DNA of 61,239 nucleotides, the filler included, from Sluysia triapertura (lineage: Eukaryota): the NCBI GenBank assembly GCA_046118255.1. It is 4 parts of 4 records of this genome, joined end to end, with 100 filler letters (N's around TTAATTAATTAA, not from the genome) between each part and the next. Parts side by side here need not be neighbours in the genome. Positions count along the whole stretch, not along the records: positions 1 to 19,877 come from JBJNIA010046568.1; positions 19,978 to 38,824 come from JBJNIA010115307.1; 2 more parts are not named here. One strand, 5' to 3'. Every line of letters starts with the position of its first letter. Positions within the stretch are counted from its first letter, which is position 1. The position numbers were made by a program, and so were the translations under genes. Under the pieces are notes generated by a model. The model worked only from the letters and a program-made list of their open reading frames with translations, ran no database searches and was not told the DNA's origin. Below, one piece after another: positions 14,180 through 26,160 of the stretch.

Positions 14180-14500
14180 TATGATCGCTCGAGACAAAAT
14201 TGTCAATGACAATAAGAAACCCAGGTTTAGTTGCACCATTATTACCAATGGAAGCAATTTTTTATACATATAAATGTAGAAAACTTGTACAATTAAGGCC
14301 AGAAACCAAATGTGCAAATGAACTACCAATCTTGTATGGAAAATCAGAGACATATTCCCGAACAATAATGTAAAATTAAAAAGCAATTCAATGCTCAAAC
14401 GTTATGGCTCCAGAATATAGAATTGAGGATAATTTGTGGATTTCACTTCCACGTAGAAGTCAAGTTAGGACACGGAAATTACAAGGAAAATTAAAATTTT
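14180..14500 (+). mobile_element. Decayed Ty3/gypsy integrase C-terminal fragment
   Basis: ...KKQFNAQT..MAPEYRIEDNLWISLPRRSQVRTRKLQGK resembles the 'Y..GD.VW...RKL..KW.GP' region before the GPY/F motif. It is frameshifted. Confidence 0.45.
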
Positions 14501-15058
14501 TGGCTACAAAAAATATAGCCCTCTCTGGTATTTATACATTCGGGAAACGTGGCGAGCATATATATGAAATGATATGGTGGATATATACGTAAAAAGAACG
14601 AGAAAAGTGAACATATTAATGAGAAATGAAAGTAATAGAAAAGATGTATATAGTTATTTCACGGAAAAGTAATACATCAAGTATGCTTGATAATTATGAG
14701 AATACCGTGACAAGTTTAATGAATAAACAGAAACATCATGGAATTATACACTATACTCAGATCACTTTGAAAAGCAAAAAAAATTGTCGAAGCTTCAAAA
14801 TCCAACTAAAATATTGAAATCCATATTAAAAGCAATCTTAATATTCATAAATATTATTATTTATTAACATTGAATTATATATTACTATTATTATTGATTG
14901 ATAATAGAAGAATTTATTAATTGTTAGAGTTATGATCAATTCGTTGATAAATTCATAATTAATTTCTATTAAAAAGAATCACGTAAAAGGTACATCAAGT
15001 TAAGTTAGGTACATAGACCGAATTGACTTTAACTTGTGGTTACGATACAATTCTATAG

Positions 15059-15490
15059 ATGCGTCTTTTCTTATGTCATAAGTCGGCATCCTAAGATAGA
15101 ATTAATTTATCCGTCAGACTCTAAGAAAAAGCCAAGGTAATATGTCATAAAGATTATATTGTAATTTTAAAGATTGTACTGTAACTAGCACATATCTGAT
15201 TTGGAATATCTACATTTGGAATAATTATCTATGCGAGGTGTACTCCTATTAGAATTTCAGTTTTAATATTGTAAAAGAACAATATCTTTTTGGAATGAAT
15301 GTGTACACGAAAGAGGGGTATTTGTAGACAGAATAACTGAATAAATGATATGTAAACTCTATTAATAAAAAATCCATAAAACTTTATCACTTCAGTACAG
15401 CCACACTAAACTGAGTGCACATTCACATGCATGTACGAGGATAATAGAATTGAAATATTCGATCCTATCCATCTTAATGAAATTCTAGAG
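15059..15490 (+). pseudogene. Decayed intron-containing gene fragment, possibly Ig-like
   Basis: Exon CVFSYVISRHPKIELIYPSDSKKKPR, a 36-nt GTAATA...TTTAAAG intron, then LYCN*, and later TLSLQYSHTKLSAHFTCMYE. Contains stops. Confidence 0.25.
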
Positions 15491-17087
15491 TCAAAAAATT
15501 CTATTATTTATTAAAATAAATCGAAACGTGATAATAAAAATAATAATAATAACGATAGAATATTTATAAATTCAAGTACATAATTAAGTGATCGTTAAAA
15601 AAACGTCAAGGTTAAGGATGTGTAAAGGTTAGGTCATAAATAATCAACTTATAAATTTTATTAAATACACATTTCTATTTATAAATTCACTAACCTATTT
15701 CGTATGAAGAAGAACAATACGAAATTGTAGATGAATGAAACAGTAGTAACTGCGAGTTTAAACTTCTCATAATCTTCCTTGTAATTAAATCTGAAATTAT
15801 TTAATATAATGATAATAATACTAATAATAAGACTAATAATAATACTAATAATAACTTTAGAAAGATTTCAACTGGAAAACGAAATATCGAAAATAGATTA
15901 AGGCATTATATGTTACTAAATAAAGAAACACAAATATTCTTTAGTATCTCATGTAATAATTAAATTGTGTATCTTCACCAAGAATTACTATATTTATCCT
16001 ATAAAGACAATGTAAAATTTACAGAACCGACTACAATCCATTTATTTTTTAAGAGACAAATACTTAATATAATAATTAAGGCTGGGACTTTGAAGGATTT
16101 TAGTGTACCGGTGCACCGGGAACAGCCATACTCAATAATTAAGCTCCCACTCAATGATTTCATAATAATGTATTATTCAGATAATATAATATAAAAACAA
16201 GAATGAAATTACAACGTAATGTTATGAATTTCGATGGCTTTTTAATAATATAAAGGTAGAACCTATGTATATATTATACTATATATGTATATTATACAGT
16301 ATATAATGGAACACATACGAACAACTATTATTCCAAAATGTGACATGCTTTGTATTATAAAACATTGATTACCCAATTAGAAATTTGTAAATATTCTAGA
16401 ATTTGATTTCAAAAAACACTCAAGAAGGAAAATGAAAATTCATGATTTTTAAGACCATTATAATGTCATTTATTTATTGATCATATTCATAAGATAAAAT
16501 CAGGTGCACCTAAATCAAAAACTTATCCGGTGCACCGGGAACAGATTTAATAATAATAATTATCTATATTGAATATTATTCGAATGCTAATACTAGTACT
16601 CAGCATGCAGCATTCAGAGTGTTTTAATGTGGCTAATTCATATTTCATTGGTTTGACAGCCAAAATTTTAATTAACTTGTCAAAATATTATTTCAATTTT
16701 ACAAAAACGAATTAAAGAAAGCACTTTCACTGCACTAATAGAGAAATATTAAAAGAACTCCGGAAAACCATAAGAAATATTTAGAAAATTTCACACTATT
16801 GTGTAGATAATGAAGTGTTGATTATTTGAAAATAAAATTATCAAAATAGTGTGTGTTCGAGGAAATTGTCAGAAATTAAAGGTTGTGCATCCAAAGAAAC
16901 GAGGAAAACTAAAAAACTCAAATAAATAAGCAATTACCATTATTAATACATTGAGAACGGTATGCAGTAAAAAGGATATAACCTGAATTCCCGCATAACT
17001 TTTGTAAATATGCAGGATATTTACAAATAATAAGAGATATTCATAACAAAATCCTAATTTATTATACAACGATATTAGATGAAATTA

Positions 17088-17303
17088 TTGGGTTGGTGCA
17101 TAAATTCTTGCGGGTTTATTTGTTTTTAACTGATTGGAGTTACATTCATTCAGCTATTTATTTAAATCATTTTAGACTAACTTTCACTTTCAGTGATCGA
17201 TTGTGGCGGAAAATATCTAATGATAAATTCATTTTGTTATCTTGAATTTTTTTTGCATTTTTCATACTTATAAAAATCCACACGATCTTATGCACCAACT
17301 TAA
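17088..17303. mobile_element. Mariner-derived MITE (~216 bp)
   Basis: TA|TTGGGTTGGTGCATAA ... TTATGCACCAACTTAA|TA: terminal inverted repeats with a TA target duplication and no ORF. Confidence 0.85.
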
Positions 17304-17821
17304 TACAAAAAAGGTTACTTTCCGTCCTCCATGCGTCCGATGAAAATTAAACAAGGTTAGCTCTACAAAATTGATAAGATAAAATAAAAAGGATTTATTA
17401 ACTTTTTCAAATATAATATGCTATTTATTGGATAGTCTTGATGGATTTGACAGCTATAAATATTACTATTATTTCAGTTATTGATGAAAAATTTTTTAAT
17501 TTTAGAACAAATGTAACTTTTTGAAAAATTATCATTTTAAATGTAATTAAATTTAAATTTTTTAATAAATTCGTTGTTCTGGTTGTTAAAAATTTTAGAT
17601 CTAATTATTGTAAGTTTAAATTATTCCACTATAATGTGTTTCCAATGATGTCCACCGTCATTTTAATTGTCTAAATCACTGTTTCTTATAACTGACTAAA
17701 TAAGAATAATCACAAGAATCTAGTTTGGTTTGAAATATTGTTATTAAATCATTCAATTATTGTTTATTTAATAATTCGTGAATATTAATTTGATTGGTGG
17801 AGAACCTTGTGGTATAAAAGT

Positions 17822-17879
<58 letters not shown>

Positions 17880-19569
17880 TAATAATAATAATAATAATAA
17901 TGTAATATAATATTCATTCATTTTTTAAATCTTTTTCAAACCTCTAAACTTCTAGATTTAAAATTCATTTAATTTAAATTTTATAACATTCATTCATTTT
18001 TCAATTTTAAATCAAAAAATTATTTAATTTAAATCTATTTAAAATAAAATTATTTTAAAATTAAAATCATTATTAAGATTATAATGCTTTTTATCAATTT
18101 AAAATGAGATTCTATAAAGATAATATAATATTAATTTATGTTAAATTGAGATTGAATAAAATTAGTATATAATTAAAATTTAATAATATTATAAAAGATT
18201 AAAATTAATTTAAATTTAAGATTAGGCAGAATAGAGAAAATAGTACAATATCAAAATTAAAAGTGAGTTCGAAAAAAATCATTTTAAAATGAGAATCAAT
18301 TTAAATTATAACTAATTAAAATTTAGAAAAGTACAAATACTCAGAACAGAGTATTATTTATTATTATTATTATTAGTATTATTATGTTATTACTGTTTTT
18401 ATTATTATAATTGGTAGCAAAATCCTATTATGTACTTATTATATAATTTATGCACACTATTATTACTGATTATTGTTATAAAAATTAAATAACCAAACAT
18501 TAATAAAAATATACTATAAGTAGAATACATACTAGTAAATAACACAAGATTTCGAAAGAGGAATATTATTGTGAATCGATTATTGAGATTAAAAGTAGTC
18601 GGAAACAGTCTACAGTTGATTGCTGAAGCTCCAGATCTACGGACATAGCTTATAATTAATTTTTTGATCATTAGAAATTCTGCAACAAGTGAGTAATATT
18701 TATTGCTCTTTATATCTGTGTATCAATATATTTAAAATTTACTATTATAATCATTTTATATGACGTAAATAATTTGTTTTAAAAATAACTGTTATAAATA
18801 AATTTTTAATGAGTTCGAGATTATTTTATTATAATGAAAAGAAAATTAAAGTTAATATTTATCCAAAGCATAAGTAAATTAAAACCGCTACTCTTATTTA
18901 TTTGTCATCATTAATCAAAAGGAATAGAGCCCTAAAGGAGGGATAAGACTACAATAATTTGCATTAAGATTAAGAGATTGAAATAAAATACATAAAAATC
19001 GAAATTAATATCTGTTTAATTGTTTTTTGTGTAAATAAATACCAGATCATCAGAACGAATATCCGAGTATCTGATTTCGCGTTTCTATATAAAACAACTC
19101 TAAGACAAATATTAATAAAGAGTTCCTAAGATAAATTAACTACTAAACGACTTTTAGCTATTAATTTCTAATTGAAGCAGCTTGAATTACAGTGACAAGT
19201 GAGAATACATTTTGATAAAGTTAAGAACTTGTTAAAACATTTCATTAAGTTTGTATCCAAAAGTTTCATTTTTTACATTTATTGTAAGTGTATACTATGG
19301 TGGGTTGAAAAAGAGAAAATATTGGAATATCATTATGGAATTACATAATTATTTGAAAAATGACCTCTGAAATAAGAAACAAAATTTTAAATTGCTTTTG
19401 TATTACAGGAAGTGCCCATTTTTTAAATCTGAAAAATTGCATTAAGATTTAAGATTTAGTATGTATATTTTACTTATAATTTGTATGCCTCTTGTTTATT
19501 TCGATTGTAGGTTATTTATTTAGAACAATATATTGAATGTTTTCCAACTTAATGGCAACTTAATTTTAG

Positions 19570-19877
19570 AAATAGAAGCATTAGTGAAGATGCTGTTGTA
19601 ATAAAATGGAATAAACCTTTATTCCGTTATGATAATCCAATTGGTTATATGCTGCATGTAACGAATTTAAAAAATGATACTTGTCAATCTATTTTAATTG
19701 GAAATGTTAGTTTACAATACAATAAATGAAATAAAAAGATCGATTAATCATTGTGGTGAATTAAAAAAAATAAGTGCTAAAGAAAATGAAGCAGATATAA
19801 TTGATTTACAACCGTATACAAAATATAAAATTGTTATATATCCAATTAATGGCGATAGAAAATCAGAAAGTAGTTCT
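19570..19877 (+). CDS. Fibronectin type III domain exon (frameshifted), truncated by gap
   Basis: After TTTTAG it reads ISEDAVVIKWNKPLFRYDNPIGYMLHV..., then after a frame change ...IIDLQPYTKYKIVIYPINGDRKSESS. These are the FN3 signatures W..P, GY and L.PYT.Y. Confidence 0.75.
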
Positions 19878-19977
19878 NNNNNNNNNNNNNNNNNNNNNNN
19901 NNNNNNNNNNNNNNNNNNNNNTTAATTAATTAANNNNNNNNNNNNNNNNNNNNNNNNNNNNNNNNNNNNNNNNNNNN
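19878..19977. other. Contig-join gap with TTAATTAATTAA six-frame stop linker
   Basis: Identical linker inside the N runs at 19878-19977, 38825-38924 and 49981-50080. Confidence 0.95.
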
Positions 19978-20178
19978 TATCAATTCAGATACTAGTTCTT
20001 CTGTTCTTTGAATAGCATTTTCTATGTTGTTCATTTCAAATTCAGTATATATTTACACGCCATCAGCATATATATGGTATTTAAAAGCATATGATTCGAT
20101 TATACTTGAGACATCATTGATATATATTATAAACAATAATGGACCAAGTATTGATCCCTGAGGAACTCCGTGTACTGT
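19978..20178 (-). mobile_element. LINE reverse transcriptase fragment (CR1/L2/Jockey group)
   Basis: The minus strand reads [26 protein letters not shown]...[10 protein letters not shown]: the GVPQGS and degenerate YADD motifs. Confidence 0.92.
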
Positions 20179-20180
20179 CA

Positions 20181-20252
20181 CTGGCTGACCAATCAGAACG
20201 ACAGTTGGGAAAATATTAATAATTTTAGTTGGTCAGCCAGTAAGAGTGTTAA
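20181..20252. mobile_element. piggyBac-like terminal fragment
   Basis: CTGGCTGACCAA...TTGGTCAGCCAG inverted pair ending TAAGAGTGTTAA. The TTAA-bounded end resembles piggyBac TIRs. Confidence 0.4.
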
Positions 20253-21745
20253 ACTATTATAATGTGATAATGATGTGCGTATTTAATTTGATAATTTTAT
20301 GTTGATTGGACGTTCCACAAAAAGTAAGATGTTGTGAAATACAAATACAGACATAATTGGATGTCCAATCGACGCACAGTCAAAAATTAAATTGGCAATC
20401 AATCAACTGCCATCAGTTGGTAGTTGATAAGACAGAGTAGATGATTATAACTATACTGTCAACTGAAGGCATGTTAATATCGATTAATGAAGTAATATCG
20501 ATTAATGACAAAAATAATGCTTATAGCAACAAAATGATAATGATAAATTATAATAATAAAGATAATAAAAATGATTGCAATACTAATAATTATAATAAAT
20601 AAAATAATAAATTGAAATTAATTACATAAACCTTTTAATTTTATTCTATTCTTCTAACACAATCTTTCTTTTTGCTTTATTTCTATTTCTTAATATAATC
20701 GAAATTATTAAACTTAATGTTTTTAAATGTCTAAGAGGCTAAATGTTGAGAGATTGTGAATTTATGATATTGTTAATTACTGTTACATATTCTCTATAAA
20801 AATTTAGAGTATAATCGTGATTCCAATGTTGTAAGGTATGAGTAAAAGTTTTGAATGAACGATTGAATATACATTAATTGTTTTGAATGTAATTATGGTT
20901 TGAATGTTAACAGATTGTGAATTAAAATGTTTTGAGGTAGGAAAACTGGTTTTAGTGGATCTGAAAGAAATGAAAAATAGTTAAAAGATTTAGATGAAAA
21001 ATAGTTAAAATGTCATGGAATATGATTTTATTGTCTGTTGTGTTACAAAATTTCAAATTATAGGGTTGATCACCACAATAATATTTGTACATTTTGCATA
21101 AGAATTGATAGAACATCTTTGTTCTTTAAATATTGATGTCAACAAATCAATTTTGACTATTTTGACTATGGGAATCAGTCATAGGTATACATCATTATTC
21201 ACCTTATTAAAATCTAAATATTTAATTTATATTTAACATGTAAATAACACAATAAATTTTATTAATTCAAATAACGTTGCAAAATTGAAATTATCCATTG
21301 TTTTACTAAGATCAACTTTATATATTCGTCAACTACCTTTAAATAAATCGTTGAGTGCATAAAATCGATGTTTACCAAATAATTCAAATACCTGAATTAC
21401 AAAAAGTAATTGTGAACTCTTCATTAAACTAAATACACACTTAACAATCTCATATTGATAATAACTGCATAAAAACATAATTCTAATAATAGGATCTTCT
21501 TCAAACTTAAGCATCATTTGACCAAGGTATTCTCCGGCATATTTGTATTATATTAAATAGTAGTTAATACTATAATTATATAGATATTCTAATTTTCTGT
21601 GGTTTTCTAACACTTAATACTTAGAGAAAACGACTTGCAACGTATAATGGGCGTTCCTGTAAGTTTTCAAGGAGAGTTTTATCCTTAACCATAAAAAATC
21701 CTAAGATTAACAATAATAAACTATAAATCCAAAAATTATATTAAA

Positions 21746-21890
21746 TGCTGGGATAGAGACCTAAAGTACCATGACTATAGTAATCTAAAAATTGTTAGAC
21801 GCAGCTGATATCTCAGTGGGTAAAGCGTCGAACTGCGCAGCGAGAAGTCCGTGTTCGATCCGCGGTCAGTCCATTTTATGAAGTCTAGCA
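21746..21890 (+). mobile_element. tRNA-carrying short element, copy 1 (most diverged)
   Basis: TGCTGGG...ATTGTTAGAC-[tRNA-like 21802-21873]-TTTTATGAAGTCTAGCA. Homologous to 50081-50199 and 55439-55597. Confidence 0.85.
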
Positions 21891-22942
21891 TAAATATAAA
21901 CCATATAAATATAAATATAAATATAAATAAATTATATAAATTATAAATATAAATATAAATAAAATTATACACTTTAATTATTTGTAAAAAAGAAAATCAA
22001 GGTAGCAAAATGTGAAAATTCAATGTTATAATTAAAGCTGTAAAGGCCTTTAATGGTTTTGTGAAAAATAATTTTGACTGGTTTTAACTGGATTGATTTT
22101 TTGACTAAATTTTGATTTTTATTTTTTAAATCATTGATTTTAATCATTTTTATTTTAAATTATTATATCACATAATTTTAACATTTTTAATTGAATTAAA
22201 TTCTAAATTATAAAATAAATTAAATTAAATAAAAATAAAATAAGTTGCAAAATAAATCAAATTATAAATATTTTTCTTAGAATTTATGTTTAATTAAATC
22301 AAATTTTGTTTATATTAATCAAAATGAAAGGAAAATAAATATGGCTGCTATAAATTCAGTATATATGTGCTGAATTTTTAGCAATCATATTGAAGAAAAT
22401 TAATCATCGGACAGATTTATTCAAAAGTTCCATTCCATGAAAGTAAGAATATTTGTGTTAAGTTTATTAATTCTCACCGTAACTGGGAGAATTTAAAATA
22501 CACTCAAACTTAGACCGTAATATGGCTATGTTAATTTCATTCTAAAATGTATTCCACTAAAATTTTTATATTTTAAATGGTAAATTGGTTATTAATATTA
22601 TATCTAAACTTAAACGGCTAACTTAAAATCTGAATTTTTCATTTTATATTAGACAGCAAAAAGGCTAACTCCAAATGTTATTTTAAAGTGAATATATTTG
22701 TAATTGATTTAACATGTCCTTCTTCTAGTTTTAAGTCGTCTCTATTAGGCGAATACACCTCCAGAACTTTCTCATTTTGCAAGTTAGGTTCCTTTCAAGT
22801 AAAACTACAGCAGTTTTATATAATAAATTATGTTACCTCTATTTTGCCTCTCAATATAAATGTTTTTAAAGATAAATTTTACGTAGAGTTTAAAAATATT
22901 ATTTTTCTTAGCATAAAATTAGTAATGACTTAGAAAAATATC

Positions 22943-23307
22943 TTACGTGAGACATGGAAAGCTGGTTCCGATGTCAAATATGTGAACAAAAGAATATCAC
23001 AAATTGTGTTTTTCAAAATGGCTAAAAAACAAAACTAAAATTGTAAAGATGACAAACGAAATTTTTCAAAATGGCGATTCTCACTAAACTGATGCTACTT
23101 TAGATACTAGTCATCAGCCAATGGGAATTGATGGAATGTTCTAGAACATTCGAGAATATGTCATTCTATTTGTAGAAGCGAATTTTATTTTCTTCCGAAA
23201 AATAATTATTTTTTGAAGAATAAATATTTTAAAGTGATTTTTGAAGGTTTTAAAAGATTTTTAAATGATTTTAAAGCATTTTAGAGGGTTGTGATGGCAA
23301 CCTAACA
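22943..23307 (-). mobile_element. Solo-LTR-like dispersed repeat, family A copy 2
   Basis: Homologous to 3795-4238, with the same CCTAACA terminus. Confidence 0.7.
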
Positions 23308-23565
23308 AATTTGAACAAAACTTGATTATAGTGTCATGGTATGAACTATGTCGTTGAATATTTTTACGATAACTTTTCGTCAAACTATTATTAAATCTTC
23401 ATTCAGTCACTAAAATTTGCCAACTTACTAATTGAAAACGAAGTATATTTTTTGTAACATAAATAACGATTATGTAGAAATTCAAAAATAGCATAAAACA
23501 TATAAAGACCAGGAAATTTTGAATTATTTAAATAATATTCTAAACAAATTATTAACAAAGATTAT

Positions 23566-23579
23566 GTTGTTGTTGATGT

Positions 23580-23632
<53 letters not shown>

Positions 23633-23660
23633 ATTATTATTATTATTATTATTATTATTT
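23566..23660. repeat. Compound (GTT)/(GAT)n/(TAT)n microsatellite
   Basis: Direct inspection. Confidence 0.95.
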
Positions 23661-25821
23661 TGTTATAGTTATTATTATATTTTATAAAAATTAAATTTAA
23701 AGTTTAATCTTATTGTAAAGTGTTATTGGCGATAAAAGTATGTGTGAAGATGAAGATAAAATAATGAATAATGGAATATGAATTTATAGTTTTTGCATAA
23801 AAGCTTGAAATTTGTATTGTGTTTGAAATTCTGCATGAGGATTTTGAATAACTATATATAACTAAACTGATTTTACTTTATTTAAATATATAATTTATAA
23901 ATTGATAACAAATTATTTTTATAAAATCGTTATATCAAATATAATTTATTAAAAACCAACGATTTTCTTGAATGTGTTGTGATTTATTAAAAATTTTAAA
24001 TATATTGCCTTAGTTTACTAATTTTGTATTTTTATTTACTGACTGTGATGAAAATTTGTTGAAATTAGTGTTTGTTCTTATGTTGTCATTAAACATCTCA
24101 TATTATTTTAATTATATTACTAATTATTTTAATGATTCTTTGTCCCGTAGTACTAAAACATTACATCTTTCAGTGAATTTTTAATTATTACATTCTATTA
24201 AATATTAATAAACTTAAATTTCAAAAATTAAAATTCTTTTAATGTAACTATTTAGTTTTTAATAAAATTTGAAGAATGCTTTTAATGCAAAGAATGATAC
24301 ATTTGGACAGTTGTAAAGTCGTTTAATTTAAATGAAAGGAAAATATAACACATTACAACAACTGGACATTACCTTAGATTACAATTTAATTTACTTTGGC
24401 GCTTATTCTAGACATTTAAATATATACAAAATTCTAATATTTTCACATTAGTCCAACGACTTAAATGATTATGAATTTAAACTAAGTGATTAAATTAATT
24501 ATTTTAAAATCAAAAGCAGTACTAAGATAATTTTAAATTTAACATAAAATTTTAATACCATTGGTGCTGAACTATCAAATATAAATCTTATTCACATTTT
24601 CATAAATGCACCAATGAAAATATTTTCCGTTCATTTTATTGAAAATCTTATTTGATATATTAGCATAGTAAAATGAAAATATTCGCTTTACGTTTTAAAA
24701 AATAATCGTTATGTAAATATTACAAAAAAGCAATTGCGTGTAAAAACTGATGCACACTTGCCCGTGAACATGTTAAAATTAAAGTTTATTGGAAATAATT
24801 ATTTAAATGCAACATTTAAGACATTTAAAATAATTCTGTTTATGCCAAATTATTACGAACCACTAAAACACATTCGATGAAAAATATTTATGCCAAAATT
24901 TAACAGGCAATGATCATGATAAAAACCACTACTTTAACCAAATATTAATAAACGCACAAAAATAATTATAGATTTTATTTGAAAACCAAATACACAAAAC
25001 AATATCAAGTACCAAATAAAATGCTACAATGAGCGATATCATGCTTAGGAACTATAAGTTGTATTTAAGTTAAATTTTCTATTAGAATACAAGCTAATAA
25101 AATTTTTATATTTTAAATTATCAGGAATAAATTTAAAACCCAATTTGCACAATGGAAGCATTCTTACATTTTATACAAATATTTCTCCTTTTATAAAAAA
25201 ACTTGGAGAATACATTAAAAAACTGACTGTAAAACCACAATTTATGTACATGAGAAAGCTGTGTGATTGAGGAATGGTAACAAATATAAAAATAATCAGT
25301 GCAAAACCAAACAATATTTAGTTTTCATACTGTAACAAACACGCAAAAAACATACATATAAATACGACACGAAATTTAAAGCAATAATTGAGCAATAAAT
25401 AATTTAATACACTTTCATAAAAAAGAAACTTTTATTGAAGCTAAGAATATCTGTGTGATTTTTTATTGTTATTGAGTTGAACAGAAAAACAAGTAAAACA
25501 AATTTATAGACACTGAAGCACCTAAAAAATCGGCATTTTAATTGGAAGAATATAACAAAACAAAATATAGGTACAATAACTGTTATAACCACAAAAAGTT
25601 TAGTTCAATGTATACAAAAGAATATAATTATAATGACAATGTTTATTTACGCATTTATAATCTTTCTTAATAAAATTACGAATAAAATAGACAATAGAAA
25701 AATAATAAAAATAAACGATATTGCGTGCTAAGTTACATCACATTATGTTCTTACGATAAGTTTGTAAAAATTTATATAATGATATAAAGAACACAATCTA
25801 ATTAAATTTTGAATAATTTTA

Positions 25822-26160
25822 TTAAAATATTAAAACCCATTCAAATTTGTTCATAAAAGCATAAAATCTTAAATGAGTTTTAGTAAATTTAAAGTTTTGA
25901 AATTCGTTATTAAGACAGTTGTTTAAAAGAGCAGTGGTAGGATTATTAGCAAAATGTGAAAATGTATTTTGACTATTGAATTGTGATTGTTGCAATCGCT
26001 TAATTTTCGCTCTGATAGCCTGTGGTGTTCTTCGCTTTGCTAACAATGCTATTGAAGATGAGTTTAGATGTGGTAATGAATTATTAGATGCTGATGATAG
26101 ACGACCACGCACTTCAGCTATACCAGGACACAGAGATTGTCGAAAATAATCTTCAAATAA
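25822..26160 (-). CDS. Probable terminal exon of an unknown gene with a Myb/SANT-like helical motif
   Basis: TTGCAG acceptor, then the open frame LFEDYFRQSLCPGIAEVRGRL...LLAKRRTPQAIRAKIKRLQQ. GC is above background. Upstream exons were not found. Confidence 0.5.
   Translation of the reverse strand, partial: LFEDYFRQSLCPGIAEVRGRLSSASNNSLPHLNSSSIALLAKRRTPQAIRAKIKRLQQSQFNSQNTFSHFANNPTTALLNNCLNNEFQNFKFTKTHLRFYAFMNKFEWVLIF

Noticed and set aside
19922-19933. Identical TTAATTAATTAA motif in three places
   Set aside because: Always embedded in N runs of 100 bp total; an artificial six-frame stop linker between contigs.
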